In this document: positions 28,042 to 37,451 of the stretch, piece by piece | How the letters are laid out: each line of letters starts with the position of its first letter | How positions within the stretch are numbered: position 1 is the stretch's first letter | Assembly: GCA_011605865.1 (NCBI GenBank) | Contig: JAAOZI010000015.1 | Span: 12,929-76,928, forward strand | DNA length: 64,000 nt | From: Archaeoglobales archaeon | Lineage (GTDB): Archaea; Halobacteriota; Archaeoglobi; Archaeoglobales; Archaeoglobaceae | Direction: 5' to 3' | Program-made: the position numbers and the translations under genes | The notes under the pieces: model-generated | What the model was told of the DNA's origin: nothing | What the model saw: the letters and a program-made list of their open reading frames with translations, nothing else | Databases searched by the model: none

Positions 28042-28167
28042 GTTCTTTTTCAAGGCTTTTTTCCTGTGCATCTTTTGCATGAAAATAATAATTGTAGTAG
28101 TAATTATTATTATAATAAAGAAAAAATTTAAATATTTTGATTGTATCCAATTAATTGGTGAAGATGT

Positions 28168-29100
28168 ATGGAGGAAAAGAAAAAGGCGGAAGAAGTCTTC
28201 AAGAAGGTAAAGATATTTGCTGGCTAAAATTTTATTTTAATCTTTTGAAAATTGGATCCAAACCAGTTAATATTGCCTATCCTTTGCCTTTAACTTCTTT
28301 TTTTCGCTTTTTCACTTTCAAAATCGGGAATTTTGGAATTCGCAATTTCTTACGTCTTCTGCTTTTTCTTCTTTATTGCAACAAATCTCTGGAATCACTC
28401 AAACGATGCAGAAGATGATGCAAGAGATGGAAGAGGAAATTCGGTTTTTCTCCTAGAAAATAGAAGAAAGGCAACGTTTTTAGTTTTATTGTTCTATACT
28501 ATCTCAGCTTTAATGCTTCCCTTAACTAAAGACGCACTTGCGGGTCTGCTGTTCTTTATTTGTCTAATTTTCACATGGGTATATTCCGACAAGATTCTAA
28601 TTGGGAAAAAGATTAGAAGATTAAAAGAAGATTACAGAACCGAGATTTTAACCTACCTAATTGTTACACCTAGCTTTGCTTTATTGATTTGGACATTCTT
28701 TTCTCAAATTGATACTCTTGGTTTTTCCTTTGCAATGATCGTATCTTCTCTTTACATCTCAGGGGTGCTGTTGAAGGACATAAAGGATTATTCTGTAGAC
28801 TCTCTTGCTGGTTATAGAACACTTGCAGTTGTTGCATCTCCACTTACACTATTTATATTGTCTTTTTCTGTGTTTTTTGTAGCGATTTCTTTAGTTTTAG
28901 TGCTATCTATTCTTAGAGTTATTCCCAGAACATTAGTTTTAACAACTATTATTTTAATTCCGTTGACTTACTCGATTCTATCGATTAGAAAAGCCAAATG
29001 GGAAATAAGTCTAAAAACTATAAAAAACATAAAGCTATATACACTATGTTATCCAACTATAATTCTCCTTATGGGAATTCTTTCATTATTTGAAGTTTAA
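28168..29100 (+). pseudogene. UbiA-family prenyltransferase-like membrane protein, apparently interrupted by two frameshifts near the 5' end
   Basis: The main body (28294-29100) carries NLWNHSNDAEDDARDG. A plausible N-terminus MEEKKKAEEVFKKVKIFAG is in the same frame but stops at 28225. A TM-like middle piece, LKFYFNLLKIGSKPVNIAYPLPLTSFF, is in another frame. Confidence 0.5.
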
Positions 29101-30288
29101 AAAAACCATAGTTTGAGTTGTATTAACACAAATACCATTTTCAACTTCACTCATTAATCTTTTTTCGACTTCACCTGAAAAAGATGGATAGGACGTAAAA
29201 ATTCCATAACCATTAATTTCTTCAATTAATTCATTCACTCTTTCCTCGAACATAAGCATAAAATTTTGATCGAAAATAGCGAAGTCAGCTTTTTTAACCA
29301 CTTCGAATAGTTTTCTCACGCCTCCATGTATGAATTCTCCGGCAAAAATCGCATCGTCAAAAAAGACATCCGTATCAAAAAGGGAAGGGTAAAATTTTAG
29401 CTCATAATCAAAAGTTCCAAGACTACAAGAACCATAAGTCTCTTTACTTATAAAACAGATCATATAAGGGCTAGCTGCAAAAAATTTTTGCTGAAGTAAA
29501 TCTTCGTCAAGATTTCTTTTCATAAATATTTTGTACTCTCGCAAAAAATCCTTCACACTTTTTTTGTCTATTTCTTTTATCGCCAGAGCTTTTTTAATGA
29601 CTTTTACTTTTTTCACATTAACTAGTTCTTGGGATAAAATTTCCACAGTTTCTTCGAAATTTTTTCCTCTCTCAGGGAAAGAATCTCTAAACTCGCATTC
29701 CAATTTTTCCTTAAATGATACACAAATAACACTTCTTCCAATTGTTTTTCCATTAAAGAATATTTTCGGAAGACCGATGCCCGTTTCAAGAGGAAATATA
29801 TTCATAGCCAAGGCTATTTTTTCGGAATTTCTAAATGGCCTCAGAATTGTGTTCATCGGGTAAATCACTCTCTCAAAGATCTCAGAGGCCTCTTCTATAT
29901 TGTTTACTCTCATGAAACTTATTCTAAGTCTTAAAAAAGTTAATAAATCCTTTACAAAAAATAATGGATAAATCAGAAGATTAAAAGAACCTATTCTCGA
30001 TCTTTCCATCATTCCAACGACATCTTTTGCATTTCCTTCAAAAACTCTGACTGAAGCGTCTGCATCGGTTACCAATGCCAAGACTCCCCTGCTCCAGACA
30101 CCATTTGGAGTTATTATCCCCTCAACGGGTACAGAAATTGAGTTACAATTGAGTCTTAAAAGCTCGGGTTTTTCCATTTTTCCTGCAACGAAAAATATCG
30201 CCAAAGATGGCTCAAAGCCCATCCCTTTCTTTATATCCTCAAGTGCTTTCCTCGGCTCCATTTCTTGTGTATAGTAAACTTCAAACAT
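29086..30288 (-). CDS. Hypothetical 400-aa protein (weakly FIST-like N-terminal part)
   Basis: No catalytic motif was recognised. The N-terminal pattern (..LAIFFVAG....VPVEGIITPNGVW..GVLAL) resembles the FIST_N layout. There is an 8-nt overlap with the upstream Roadblock gene. Confidence 0.5.
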   Translation of the reverse strand: MFEVYYTQEMEPRKALEDIKKGMGFEPSLAIFFVAGKMEKPELLRLNCNSISVPVEGIITPNGVWSRGVLALVTDADASVRVFEGNAKDVVGMMERSRIGSFNLLIYPLFFVKDLLTFLRLRISFMRVNNIEEASEIFERVIYPMNTILRPFRNSEKIALAMNIFPLETGIGLPKIFFNGKTIGRSVICVSFKEKLECEFRDSFPERGKNFEETVEILSQELVNVKKVKVIKKALAIKEIDKKSVKDFLREYKIFMKRNLDEDLLQQKFFAASPYMICFISKETYGSCSLGTFDYELKFYPSLFDTDVFFDDAIFAGEFIHGGVRKLFEVVKKADFAIFDQNFMLMFEERVNELIEEINGYGIFTSYPSFSGEVEKRLMSEVENGICVNTTQTMVFLNFK

Positions 30289-30619
30289 TTAGTATCCTCT
30301 TAAGAGACTCAACATCAATCCTGAGCTTGTAAACAGAGGCCTCGCTTGTTGATATTACAACTAAAACCAGAGATCCCGAAAGAGGGTATATTATCATCAC
30401 GTAATCTCTTGTCTTGAAGTCAACACTCTTAAGGCTGTTTTCTGCCATCAGATTTAACAAGAGTTTCGTTTGACTTTCAAACCATTCAAGAATCGAAATG
30501 TACTTTTTATCTTTTATGAAGGTTACAATTGGTGTGCCGTCGATTCTATAGATTGCTGAAACGACAACACTGGGATCCGATGCAAGCCTTTTTGTTATCT
30601 CCCTAAGCTGATCTAGCAT
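30281..30619 (-). CDS. Roadblock/LC7 (MglB-like) domain protein
   Basis: 112 aa. The pattern (VVSAIYRIDGTPIV ... LVLVVISTSEASVYKLR) is typical of Robl/LC7 folds. Confidence 0.6.
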   Translation of the reverse strand: MLDQLREITKRLASDPSVVVSAIYRIDGTPIVTFIKDKKYISILEWFESQTKLLLNLMAENSLKSVDFKTRDYVMIIYPLSGSLVLVVISTSEASVYKLRIDVESLKRILNV

Positions 30620-31413
30620 TTTATTCTCCTTTTTACCTTTTCAAACTCTTCTTTGGTTAGATATCCCTCCCTACAAATCCTTCTCAGCTTTTCCATGGAC
30701 CTTCTGGAAATTCCTGGAATGTCTTCGATTTCAAACCCTTCGCATCTCTTTTTTTCCACGACGATCCCTATACCTTCTATTATAGAATACGGATACACCT
30801 CTTCCGAATGCGAGGACATTCGATGCTTTATGACTCTAAGCGTTCTGCTGAAAGGTTCGCTGTAGCCGGTTGATTTAAGGGATATCACCGAATCGGCAAG
30901 GTAGAGGGCAACATTAGAACTCGCTTCATATCCCTGCATAGGCTCTTCAATTGTTACTAGAGCTGTAGCGCACTTCCTGATGTTTCTGAAAAACCAGTTC
31001 ACTTCATTCCTCGCCTTTCCTTCTGTGGAAACGATTAAAGGTGTAAACGAATCTATTGCGATCCTTTGGTAATTTTTGGGTATCTTATAAAGATCTTCAC
31101 ATATGATGGTGCTGTCTTCGGTATAGAAAGTCACAATTTTCATTCTTTCTTCCTCGATTTCTTTAGAAATATCCCAATGCATCGACTTCACAATTCTCAA
31201 AAAATCTTCGGGCTCAAGATCAAAAGAAACGTAAGCACAGTTTTCCCCATTTTCGAGACCTTCCAGCAGGAAATTTAAACAGAAAACTGTTTTCCCAGAC
31301 CCAACTGAACCATATACGGCATTTATCGTATTATTTATGAAACCGCCGTCGAGGATTTCATCAAGCCCGTAAACGCCACTTTTCAGTCTCATAGTGATAA
31401 TTAAATCCATCAT
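30613..31413 (-). CDS. KaiC/RadA-like single-domain ATPase
   Basis: GLDEILDGGF, Walker A GSVGSGKT and Walker-B-like RIAIDSF. The start may be the internal Met at 31392. Confidence 0.8.
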   Translation of the reverse strand: MMDLIITMRLKSGVYGLDEILDGGFINNTINAVYGSVGSGKTVFCLNFLLEGLENGENCAYVSFDLEPEDFLRIVKSMHWDISKEIEEERMKIVTFYTEDSTIICEDLYKIPKNYQRIAIDSFTPLIVSTEGKARNEVNWFFRNIRKCATALVTIEEPMQGYEASSNVALYLADSVISLKSTGYSEPFSRTLRVIKHRMSSHSEEVYPYSIIEGIGIVVEKKRCEGFEIEDIPGISRRSMEKLRRICREGYLTKEEFEKVKRRIKC

Positions 31414-31465
31414 GTTAAAAAGTCTTTTGCACGAAAGCTTTATTTACTCTCCTCGAATTCGCCTT

Positions 31466-31990
31466 ATGGCAAGGAAACCGGCAAGGATGTGGAGAAGACT
31501 TGAAAGGCCCTATACTAGAATAGAATACATCGATGGAGCCCCTGGAACGAGAGTAAAAATGTTCGACATGGGAAATTTACAGGCAGAGTTTCCTGTGATG
31601 CTCACCTTGGTTGCAAAGGATGCAGTGCAGATAAGAGATAACGCGTTAGAGGCAGCGAGGGTTATGGCAAACAAATACTTAACAAAGATGGTTGGTTCAA
31701 ACAACTACAGGCTTAAGGTCAGGATCTATCCGCACCATATTCTCAGAGAGCACAAAATGGCCGTGGGAGCGGGAGCGGACAGAGTGTCTCAAGGTATGAG
31801 AGCCGCTTATGGCAGACCTGTTGGCAGAGCTGCACAAGTTAGGCCCGGAACAAAGATAATGTCGATATGGATCAAACCAGAGTATTTTGAATTCGCAAAA
31901 GAAGCATTCAGAAGGGCTTCGATGAAATTGCCGACTGATACCAAAATCGAAGTCGAAAAAGGTGCTGAACTGCTGAAAGGGAAAATCTGA
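31466..31990 (+). CDS. rpl10e: 50S ribosomal protein L10e (uL16)
   Basis: MARKPARMWRRLERPYTRIEYIDGAPG... is a canonical L10e N-terminus. I prefer the ATG at 31466 over the track start. Confidence 0.93.
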   Translation: MARKPARMWRRLERPYTRIEYIDGAPGTRVKMFDMGNLQAEFPVMLTLVAKDAVQIRDNALEAARVMANKYLTKMVGSNNYRLKVRIYPHHILREHKMAVGAGADRVSQGMRAAYGRPVGRAAQVRPGTKIMSIWIKPEYFEFAKEAFRRASMKLPTDTKIEVEKGAELLKGKI

Positions 31991-31992
31991 AA

Positions 31993-31998
31993 TTTTTT
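31993..31998 (+). terminator. Oligo-T tract after rpl10e
   Basis: A T6 run lies 3 nt after the stop codon. Confidence 0.3.
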
Positions 31999-32037
31999 GA
32001 TCTTCTTATCCAAATTATTTGATTTTAATTTTGGGAT

Positions 32038-32451
32038 ATGAACAGAATCGGACACCTTGGATTTTCTCTCTTTCTTTTCTCACCTTTTCTGGTTTTATTC
32101 TCCGCAAAAGACGTGGTATCTGCAGTGATATTCTCCCTGTTACCAGACATAGATTTAATTTTAAAGATTAAACACAGGATATATACTCACAATTTCGCTT
32201 TTGCCTTTGCCCTCTTTTTTACATTTTTCATTCTACTTGGAGATATAAAGATGTCTTTTTTCATTTTTCTTGGAATAATTTCACATATACTTGCCGATCT
32301 GCTCACAAAAACACCCTTTGCACCTTTTTATCCGATTTCCGGTAAAAAGTTCGCACTGAAACTTTTTAGATCCGATAACAAAATTGTAAATTACTCACTA
32401 CTTCTCTTAGGTACGATTTCCTTTGCGTATTTTTATGGAATCAAAATTTAA
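32038..32451 (+). CDS. DUF457 membrane-bound metal-dependent hydrolase family protein
   Basis: GHLGFS, LLPDIDL, HRIYTHN and ISHILADLLT motifs with 4 hydrophobic helices. Confidence 0.7.
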   Translation: MNRIGHLGFSLFLFSPFLVLFSAKDVVSAVIFSLLPDIDLILKIKHRIYTHNFAFAFALFFTFFILLGDIKMSFFIFLGIISHILADLLTKTPFAPFYPISGKKFALKLFRSDNKIVNYSLLLLGTISFAYFYGIKI

Positions 32452-32548
32452 ATGCTAAACGAATCTCAGCAAACAATTCAAGCAATATCCCAATCTGTGG
32501 CGCTAAAATTGAGTCCTAAAGTTAAAATTCTAAATGAAAATATAAAAG

Positions 32549-32645
32549 TCCCGCCTCCCGGATTTGAACCGGGGACACCGGGATCTCCGCTTGCGCGGAG
32601 GCGCAAACTACAGTCCCGCGCTCTACCAGGCTGAGCTAAGGCGGG
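32549..32645 (-). tRNA. tRNA-Tyr (GTA) with 23-nt intron after position 37
   Basis: Manual fold: acceptor CCCGCCT/AGGCGGG (C1:G72, an archaeal Tyr identity pair), anticodon stem CGGGA/TCCCG, and loop CTGTAG|intron|A. The intron corresponds to + strand 32585-32607. Confidence 0.9.
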
Positions 32646-32721
32646 TCTGAAATATTTTGAACTTTTTGCTTAAAAACATTGCGCTTGCCTTTTAAGCAGG
32701 GTAGGGTGTAAACATCGCAAA

Positions 32722-32796
32722 TAGCGGGGCGTGGATTTGAACCACGGATCTGCGGGTTATGAGCCCGCCGGGATTACCTGACTACCCCACCCCGCT
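32722..32796 (-). tRNA. Initiator tRNA-Met (CAT)
   Basis: A1:U72 acceptor pair (AGCGGGG/CCCCGCT), three consecutive G:C pairs closing the anticodon stem (GCGGG-CTCATAA-CCCGC), and T-arm CGTGG-TTCAAAT-CCACG. Confidence 0.88.
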
Positions 32797-32848
32797 TTCA
32801 AAAATTATTTTTCTCTCGATATTTCAATCTTTCTCTCACTAAAAAAAA

Positions 32849-32859
32849 GATTTAAATTT
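32849..32859 (+). promoter_or_regulatory. TATA-box-like element upstream of the OYE-family reductase gene
   Basis: gatttaaattt is centred about 26 nt upstream of the ATG at 32880, which is leaderless-type spacing. Confidence 0.35.
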
Positions 32860-32879
32860 CAGAAAGTTAAATCAAGTTC

Positions 32880-34742
32880 ATGAAGATTTTGCAACCCGGA
32901 AAAATTGCGAATTTGGAGATCCCTAACAGGATCGTTATGCCCGCAATGGCCTTGAACATGGCAAGAGAGGGATATGTTACAGAAAAAATGATTAGGCACT
33001 ATAAAAAATTCGCAAAAAACGGTGTCGGACTAGTCATCGTTGAGGGGGCCTGTGTTGATAAGAGAGGAAGGGATTTGCATGGTGGACTGGCGATTTACTC
33101 TGATAAGTTTTGCATAGGGCTTAACGAGCTTGCTGAAGAGATTAAGCTAAACGGAGCAATTGCTGGAATCCAACTCCTACATCCGGGAGGATGTGCAAGT
33201 CCGAAAATAGAGGGCAATGAGCCTATTGCTCCATCAAAAGTGGAGTACACAATGTTCATGCACGGTAGGCACAGCTTCAAGGCAATTGCAAGAGAGCTGA
33301 CAAAGGAGGAAATAAAGGAAATAATAGAAATGTTCGCCGAAGCTGCTGGGAGGGCTAAAGATAGCGGCTTTGATCTAGTAGAAATAAACGGCGCTCATGG
33401 CTGGCTTTTCAGTCAATTTTTGTCCCCGAATACAAATAAGAGAAGTGATGAATACGGTGGCAGTTTTGAGAACAGGATAAGATTCGCACTCGAAGTAATT
33501 GAGGCTGTTAAAAAAGTTGGAATTCCCACGATATTTAGGATAGATGGTTCCTATCCCTCCTATGGTGGCGTTTCGGATGAAGAAATTTTAAGATTTGCCT
33601 TGGAGTTAGAAAAAGCTGGAGTAGACTGTCTGCATGTAAGCGGCAGTTTTGCGATAACTCCGATGTTGGTTAAAAGAGGTATATTGCTCGACGGAGCTTT
33701 CAGGGTTAAATCCGCAGTAAAAATCCCCGTGATAGCCGTAGGTGGGATATCGGCCGAAATGGCGATAAAGATAATCGAAGACGGAAAAGCAGACTTTGTA
33801 GCACTTGGAAGAGCCTTGCTCGCAGATCCAGAATTTGTGATTAAGATAAAAAATGGAAAAATCGATGAAATTCGTCCATGCACGAGATGCAATGACTGCA
33901 TCGACAGACTCTTTAGCTTAAGGCAGTTTGAGGCAAAGTGCTCTCTGAATCCAGATATAGAAATCAAAAAAGCTGAAGAAAAGAAGAAAATTGCTGTTAT
34001 TGGCGGTGGAGTTGCTGGCCTAGAATTTGCGAGAGTTGCAAGTTTAAGGGGACATGAAGTCGTTATCTTGGAGAAGAGTTCCGAACTCGGCGGGAATTTG
34101 ATTCCGGCTTCAATCCCAGAATTCAAATCAGATCTAAAGAATTATTTGGAGTGGCTAAGGAGACAGGTTAAGGATGTTAAGGTTATTCTTAACTGTAAAA
34201 ACATAGAAAGGGAAATATCGCAGATCAAGCCGGACCTCGTTGTTGTTGCAATAGGTGCAGAACAGGATGTTCCGGCAATTCCAGGAGTTGAGAGAGCAGT
34301 TAAAGCTGTAGACGTACTAACAGGAAAAGTTGAAGTCGGGCAGAGAGTAGTTATATTGGGCGGAGGAAGAATAGGCTGCGAAACTGCACTTTACTTGGCA
34401 TACAAAGGCAAAAACGTTACTATTCTGGAAATTTTGCCGTCAATAGCTTCTGATTTGGAAAGGAACTACGCTTTTGCTCTAATTAGAGAATTGAAGAACA
34501 AAAATGTCAAATGGATATGCAATTTCATTACCGAAAGAATTGAGGACGGAAAAGTGATTGGAAAAAGTGAGGGGAAAGAACTAGAGATAGCTTGCGATAG
34601 CATTGTTTTGGCAACCGGAATGAGACCCAGAAATCTTGAGCTAGATTTTGGAGTCCCAACTTACAAAATTGGAGACTGTGTGAAGCCTAGAAAGATAAGA
34701 GATGCCGTTTATGAAGCAGTATACCTGGCTTCAAGAATCTAG
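32880..34742 (+). CDS. 2,4-dienoyl-CoA reductase-like NADH:flavin oxidoreductase (OYE TIM barrel + Fe-S + FAD/NAD(P) domain)
   Basis: 620 aa. OYE N-terminal domain (NRIVMPAM, HGWLFSQFLSP), a Cys cluster CTRCNDC, and the dinucleotide fold IAVIGGGVAGLE. Confidence 0.85.
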   Translation: MKILQPGKIANLEIPNRIVMPAMALNMAREGYVTEKMIRHYKKFAKNGVGLVIVEGACVDKRGRDLHGGLAIYSDKFCIGLNELAEEIKLNGAIAGIQLLHPGGCASPKIEGNEPIAPSKVEYTMFMHGRHSFKAIARELTKEEIKEIIEMFAEAAGRAKDSGFDLVEINGAHGWLFSQFLSPNTNKRSDEYGGSFENRIRFALEVIEAVKKVGIPTIFRIDGSYPSYGGVSDEEILRFALELEKAGVDCLHVSGSFAITPMLVKRGILLDGAFRVKSAVKIPVIAVGGISAEMAIKIIEDGKADFVALGRALLADPEFVIKIKNGKIDEIRPCTRCNDCIDRLFSLRQFEAKCSLNPDIEIKKAEEKKKIAVIGGGVAGLEFARVASLRGHEVVILEKSSELGGNLIPASIPEFKSDLKNYLEWLRRQVKDVKVILNCKNIEREISQIKPDLVVVAIGAEQDVPAIPGVERAVKAVDVLTGKVEVGQRVVILGGGRIGCETALYLAYKGKNVTILEILPSIASDLERNYAFALIRELKNKNVKWICNFITERIEDGKVIGKSEGKELEIACDSIVLATGMRPRNLELDFGVPTYKIGDCVKPRKIRDAVYEAVYLASRI

Positions 34743-34752
34743 GTGAGAAAAA

Positions 34753-35781
34753 ATGGTAAAGTTCGGCCAACTTCTGCCAATTCCAGTTGCAACTGTTGAT
34801 TCCCTCATAAAAGTTGGGGTGAGAACCGAAAAAGCAGGTTTTGATTCTATTTGGGCTGCAGACCATCTGCTTATGATACCAACTGGTACAGTGCCAAATC
34901 CATGGCCGATTTTGAGTGTAATAGCATCACAAACGGAGAAAATCGAAATGGGGACATGCGTCTCTGATCCGCACAGAATTCATCCAGCAGTTTTTGCACA
35001 GTTGACCGCAACCATTGATCAAATCTCAAACGGTAGACTCATTATAGGCTTAGGAGCTGGTGAAGCGATGAACGTTGAGCAGTTCGGGATACAGTGGAGC
35101 AGGCCAGTAGAGAGAATGGTGGAATTCACAAAAATAATTCGATACCTGTGGCAGAAAGAAAGTTTGGACTTTGAGGGAAAGTTCTGGAAGCTAAAAAAAG
35201 CATTTCTTCAGATAAAGCCGAAAAGAAATCCAATTCCAATTTATTTCGCTGCAAATGGTAGAAAAACAAGAGAAATTACTGGGAAGATTGCAGATGGCTG
35301 GATACCGGTTTCACAGGGTCCAAAGGTTTACAAAAAGCATTTAAGTGAGATAAAAGAATCAGCGGAAAAAGTCGGAAGAAAACTCGAAAATTTTGAGCCA
35401 GCAATATACATCTACACCGCCATAGCCGAAAGATATGAAGATGCGATTTCTCAATTGAAAAAAATAAAACACCAGATAGCCTTCTCTCCAAAAATGGTTG
35501 AAGAAGTTTATGGAATCGAAATTCCCATGCCGGATGATTTATACTCTGAAATAATCGTATCCGATGAAACAATCAGACTTTACGAAGACTTCGGCAGACT
35601 TTTGCCAGACGAAGTCGTAGAGGAGTTTACAATTGCCGGAACACCGAGCGATTGTGAGGAAAAAGTAGAGGAATTCGTAAAAGCGGGGGTCAAGCACTTC
35701 ATACTAATAAACATGGGCCCAGACCCGAAGTTCGTGCTAGAAACATACGCAAAAAAGATAATACCTTCCTATAAAGCTTAA
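34753..35781 (+). CDS. F420-dependent LLM-class (luciferase-like) oxidoreductase, Mer-related
   Basis: 342 aa with FDSIWAADHL and GRLIIGLGAGE, the pattern of luciferase-like TIM barrels. Confidence 0.75.
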   Translation: MVKFGQLLPIPVATVDSLIKVGVRTEKAGFDSIWAADHLLMIPTGTVPNPWPILSVIASQTEKIEMGTCVSDPHRIHPAVFAQLTATIDQISNGRLIIGLGAGEAMNVEQFGIQWSRPVERMVEFTKIIRYLWQKESLDFEGKFWKLKKAFLQIKPKRNPIPIYFAANGRKTREITGKIADGWIPVSQGPKVYKKHLSEIKESAEKVGRKLENFEPAIYIYTAIAERYEDAISQLKKIKHQIAFSPKMVEEVYGIEIPMPDDLYSEIIVSDETIRLYEDFGRLLPDEVVEEFTIAGTPSDCEEKVEEFVKAGVKHFILINMGPDPKFVLETYAKKIIPSYKA

Positions 35782-35800
35782 TTTTTAAAAATTTAAATAC

Positions 35801-36883
35801 CTAAATTATTCCCATTTCCGAAAGTTTTTCCGGGAGATATACATCTGTCACGTAATCTAGACCGTATTTTGCCAGAGCCTGCTGTTCAGATTTTTTATTT
35901 AGTTCGAGCTGCAGTTTAATTTCTTTTCTCCAGAAATCGGTGTCAAACCTAGGATCAAACAGAATTGCATTCAGAGCCTTTATATCTTCATCGTTCAGTT
36001 TATCCGCCGGCAGGTCATACCGGACAATATCGGATGGTGTCACACCCAAAAACTTCGCCTCGGGAGTGGCAAGATATTCAGAAAGATGGGCAGATTTTAT
36101 ACTCCCATAAGCTACACTCGCAAATATTCTATAGCTCCAAGGATCTCCATCTGTAAAAACAACAACAGGCAAGCCGAGTTCTGTGTTCAATCTTCTAAGC
36201 AACCTTCTTGTGCTTCTTGCAGGCTGACCTTTCAAATGAACTATTATTGCGCTGAACTTTTCATCAAAGCCATTTTCAACAAGCCTGTCTCTCATACCAC
36301 CCGTTTCTATTGCAATTACGAACTTCGCATCACATTCTACAAATTGCAATTTATCAACGTTCACAGGAATCTGATATCCTCCTTCGCCGACGTCGTCTTG
36401 GCAGTGTATTTCTTTCATTCCTCTCCTCGTCTCTTCCCGAATCCTTATTGGCCCTATTATTGTTGCTCCATCTTCTTCAGGTCTTATGTGGAAGTGTTCT
36501 CTCTGGTAGCCAGATATGATTTCCAGATCTTCGATTAATCTGTCGCTTTCATCCTGATCATCGAACTTTGCATAACCCCAGCCCTCAGTTATGTAATAAA
36601 GCTCTCGTAACGTCGAGGATTTATTGACTTTCAACTGTTCCTTTAGGAAGCCTATCACATAGGCCATCTTTAGTATTTTGAGGGCACCCTTAACCGTTTT
36701 TGCCGAAGTTAAAGATTTTCTATCCCCGTAAACCCATACTCCCGAATTTTCATTGAATTCGATGTTGAACTTCGTCCTAGTAGCAATTTCAATCTCGGGT
36801 ATTTTTCCAGATCTCATCTGCTCATAAAAGCTTTCAAGGATACTAAGAAGCGCAGAGAGACACTTTTTTTCCACATCATTCAT
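35801..36883 (-). CDS. top6A: DNA topoisomerase VI subunit A (Spo11 family)
   Basis: LRELYY (catalytic Tyr region) and Toprim segments VIAIETGGM and [11 protein letters not shown]. Confidence 0.92.
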   Translation of the reverse strand: MNDVEKKCLSALLSILESFYEQMRSGKIPEIEIATRTKFNIEFNENSGVWVYGDRKSLTSAKTVKGALKILKMAYVIGFLKEQLKVNKSSTLRELYYITEGWGYAKFDDQDESDRLIEDLEIISGYQREHFHIRPEEDGATIIGPIRIREETRRGMKEIHCQDDVGEGGYQIPVNVDKLQFVECDAKFVIAIETGGMRDRLVENGFDEKFSAIIVHLKGQPARSTRRLLRRLNTELGLPVVVFTDGDPWSYRIFASVAYGSIKSAHLSEYLATPEAKFLGVTPSDIVRYDLPADKLNDEDIKALNAILFDPRFDTDFWRKEIKLQLELNKKSEQQALAKYGLDYVTDVYLPEKLSEMGII

Positions 36884-37025
36884 GAAATGATATTTTTCTA
36901 TCTAATTTTAAAATTTTCCATTTTAACAAAAAATCGGAAGTCCAATTACAACTGAAAAACCGCCCTTTGGTATAGTGGCAGGCTCACGATCGAAGCCTTT
37001 ATATTTTTTCAAAGCCAAGGAACGT

Positions 37026-37451
37026 ATGCGGAATTTGATAGTCCTAGTAGGTAGAGATAAAAAGGATTTCGAAAACTTTGCAAAAGATTTGAAACTGGAT
37101 CTCAGATTGCTTGATAGAGACACAGATATTCCATGTTTTTTAGATTCTTTGGAAGATTTTAATAGAATAATAATCGTCGCAACTCTCGGCTCTTGGCAGG
37201 GAGAATTAATGATAGAACTAGCTCTAAAGTGCAAATGCGAAGTAATATTCTACTGTCTTACAAAAACAAAAAATATTCATGAAATGATAGCAAGCAGAAT
37301 TCAGGCAGACGAAATTCTGAAGATTTTTCCAAATTTCCAAGGGGTTATAATTAGCGAAGAAATGCCGTTAGAAGTAAGAATGGAGGCCCTGAGGACTCTT
37401 ATTAGCTCAGATGATGAACCTTCAAAGAAATCTGACCGTTTCCATGTTTAG
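37026..37451 (+). CDS. Hypothetical protein
   Basis: The ORF has an AGGA SD-like sequence before the ATG at 37026. No family was recognised. Its 3' end overlaps the convergent aCPSF1 gene by 30 nt. Confidence 0.4.
   Translation: MRNLIVLVGRDKKDFENFAKDLKLDLRLLDRDTDIPCFLDSLEDFNRIIIVATLGSWQGELMIELALKCKCEVIFYCLTKTKNIHEMIASRIQADEILKIFPNFQGVIISEEMPLEVRMEALRTLISSDDEPSKKSDRFHV

Noticed and set aside
28075-28135. AT-rich repetitive stretch (aataataattgtagtagtaattattattataataa), considered as a repeat array
   Set aside because: It is short, low-complexity intergenic/promoter DNA with no repeat-spacer periodicity. No CRISPR-like array exists anywhere in the window.
33560-34126. 188-aa ORF antisense to the OYE-family reductase; similar antisense ORFs at 12441-12872, 13338-13784, 14743-15219 and 36086-36538
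   Set aside because: They are shadow ORFs inside strongly supported genes, and no family resemblance was seen.
36884-36975. Possible C/D-box sRNA (aatgata … ctga) upstream of top6A
   Set aside because: The C box deviates from RUGAUGA. No C'/D' boxes or terminal stem were found, and the spacing is atypical.
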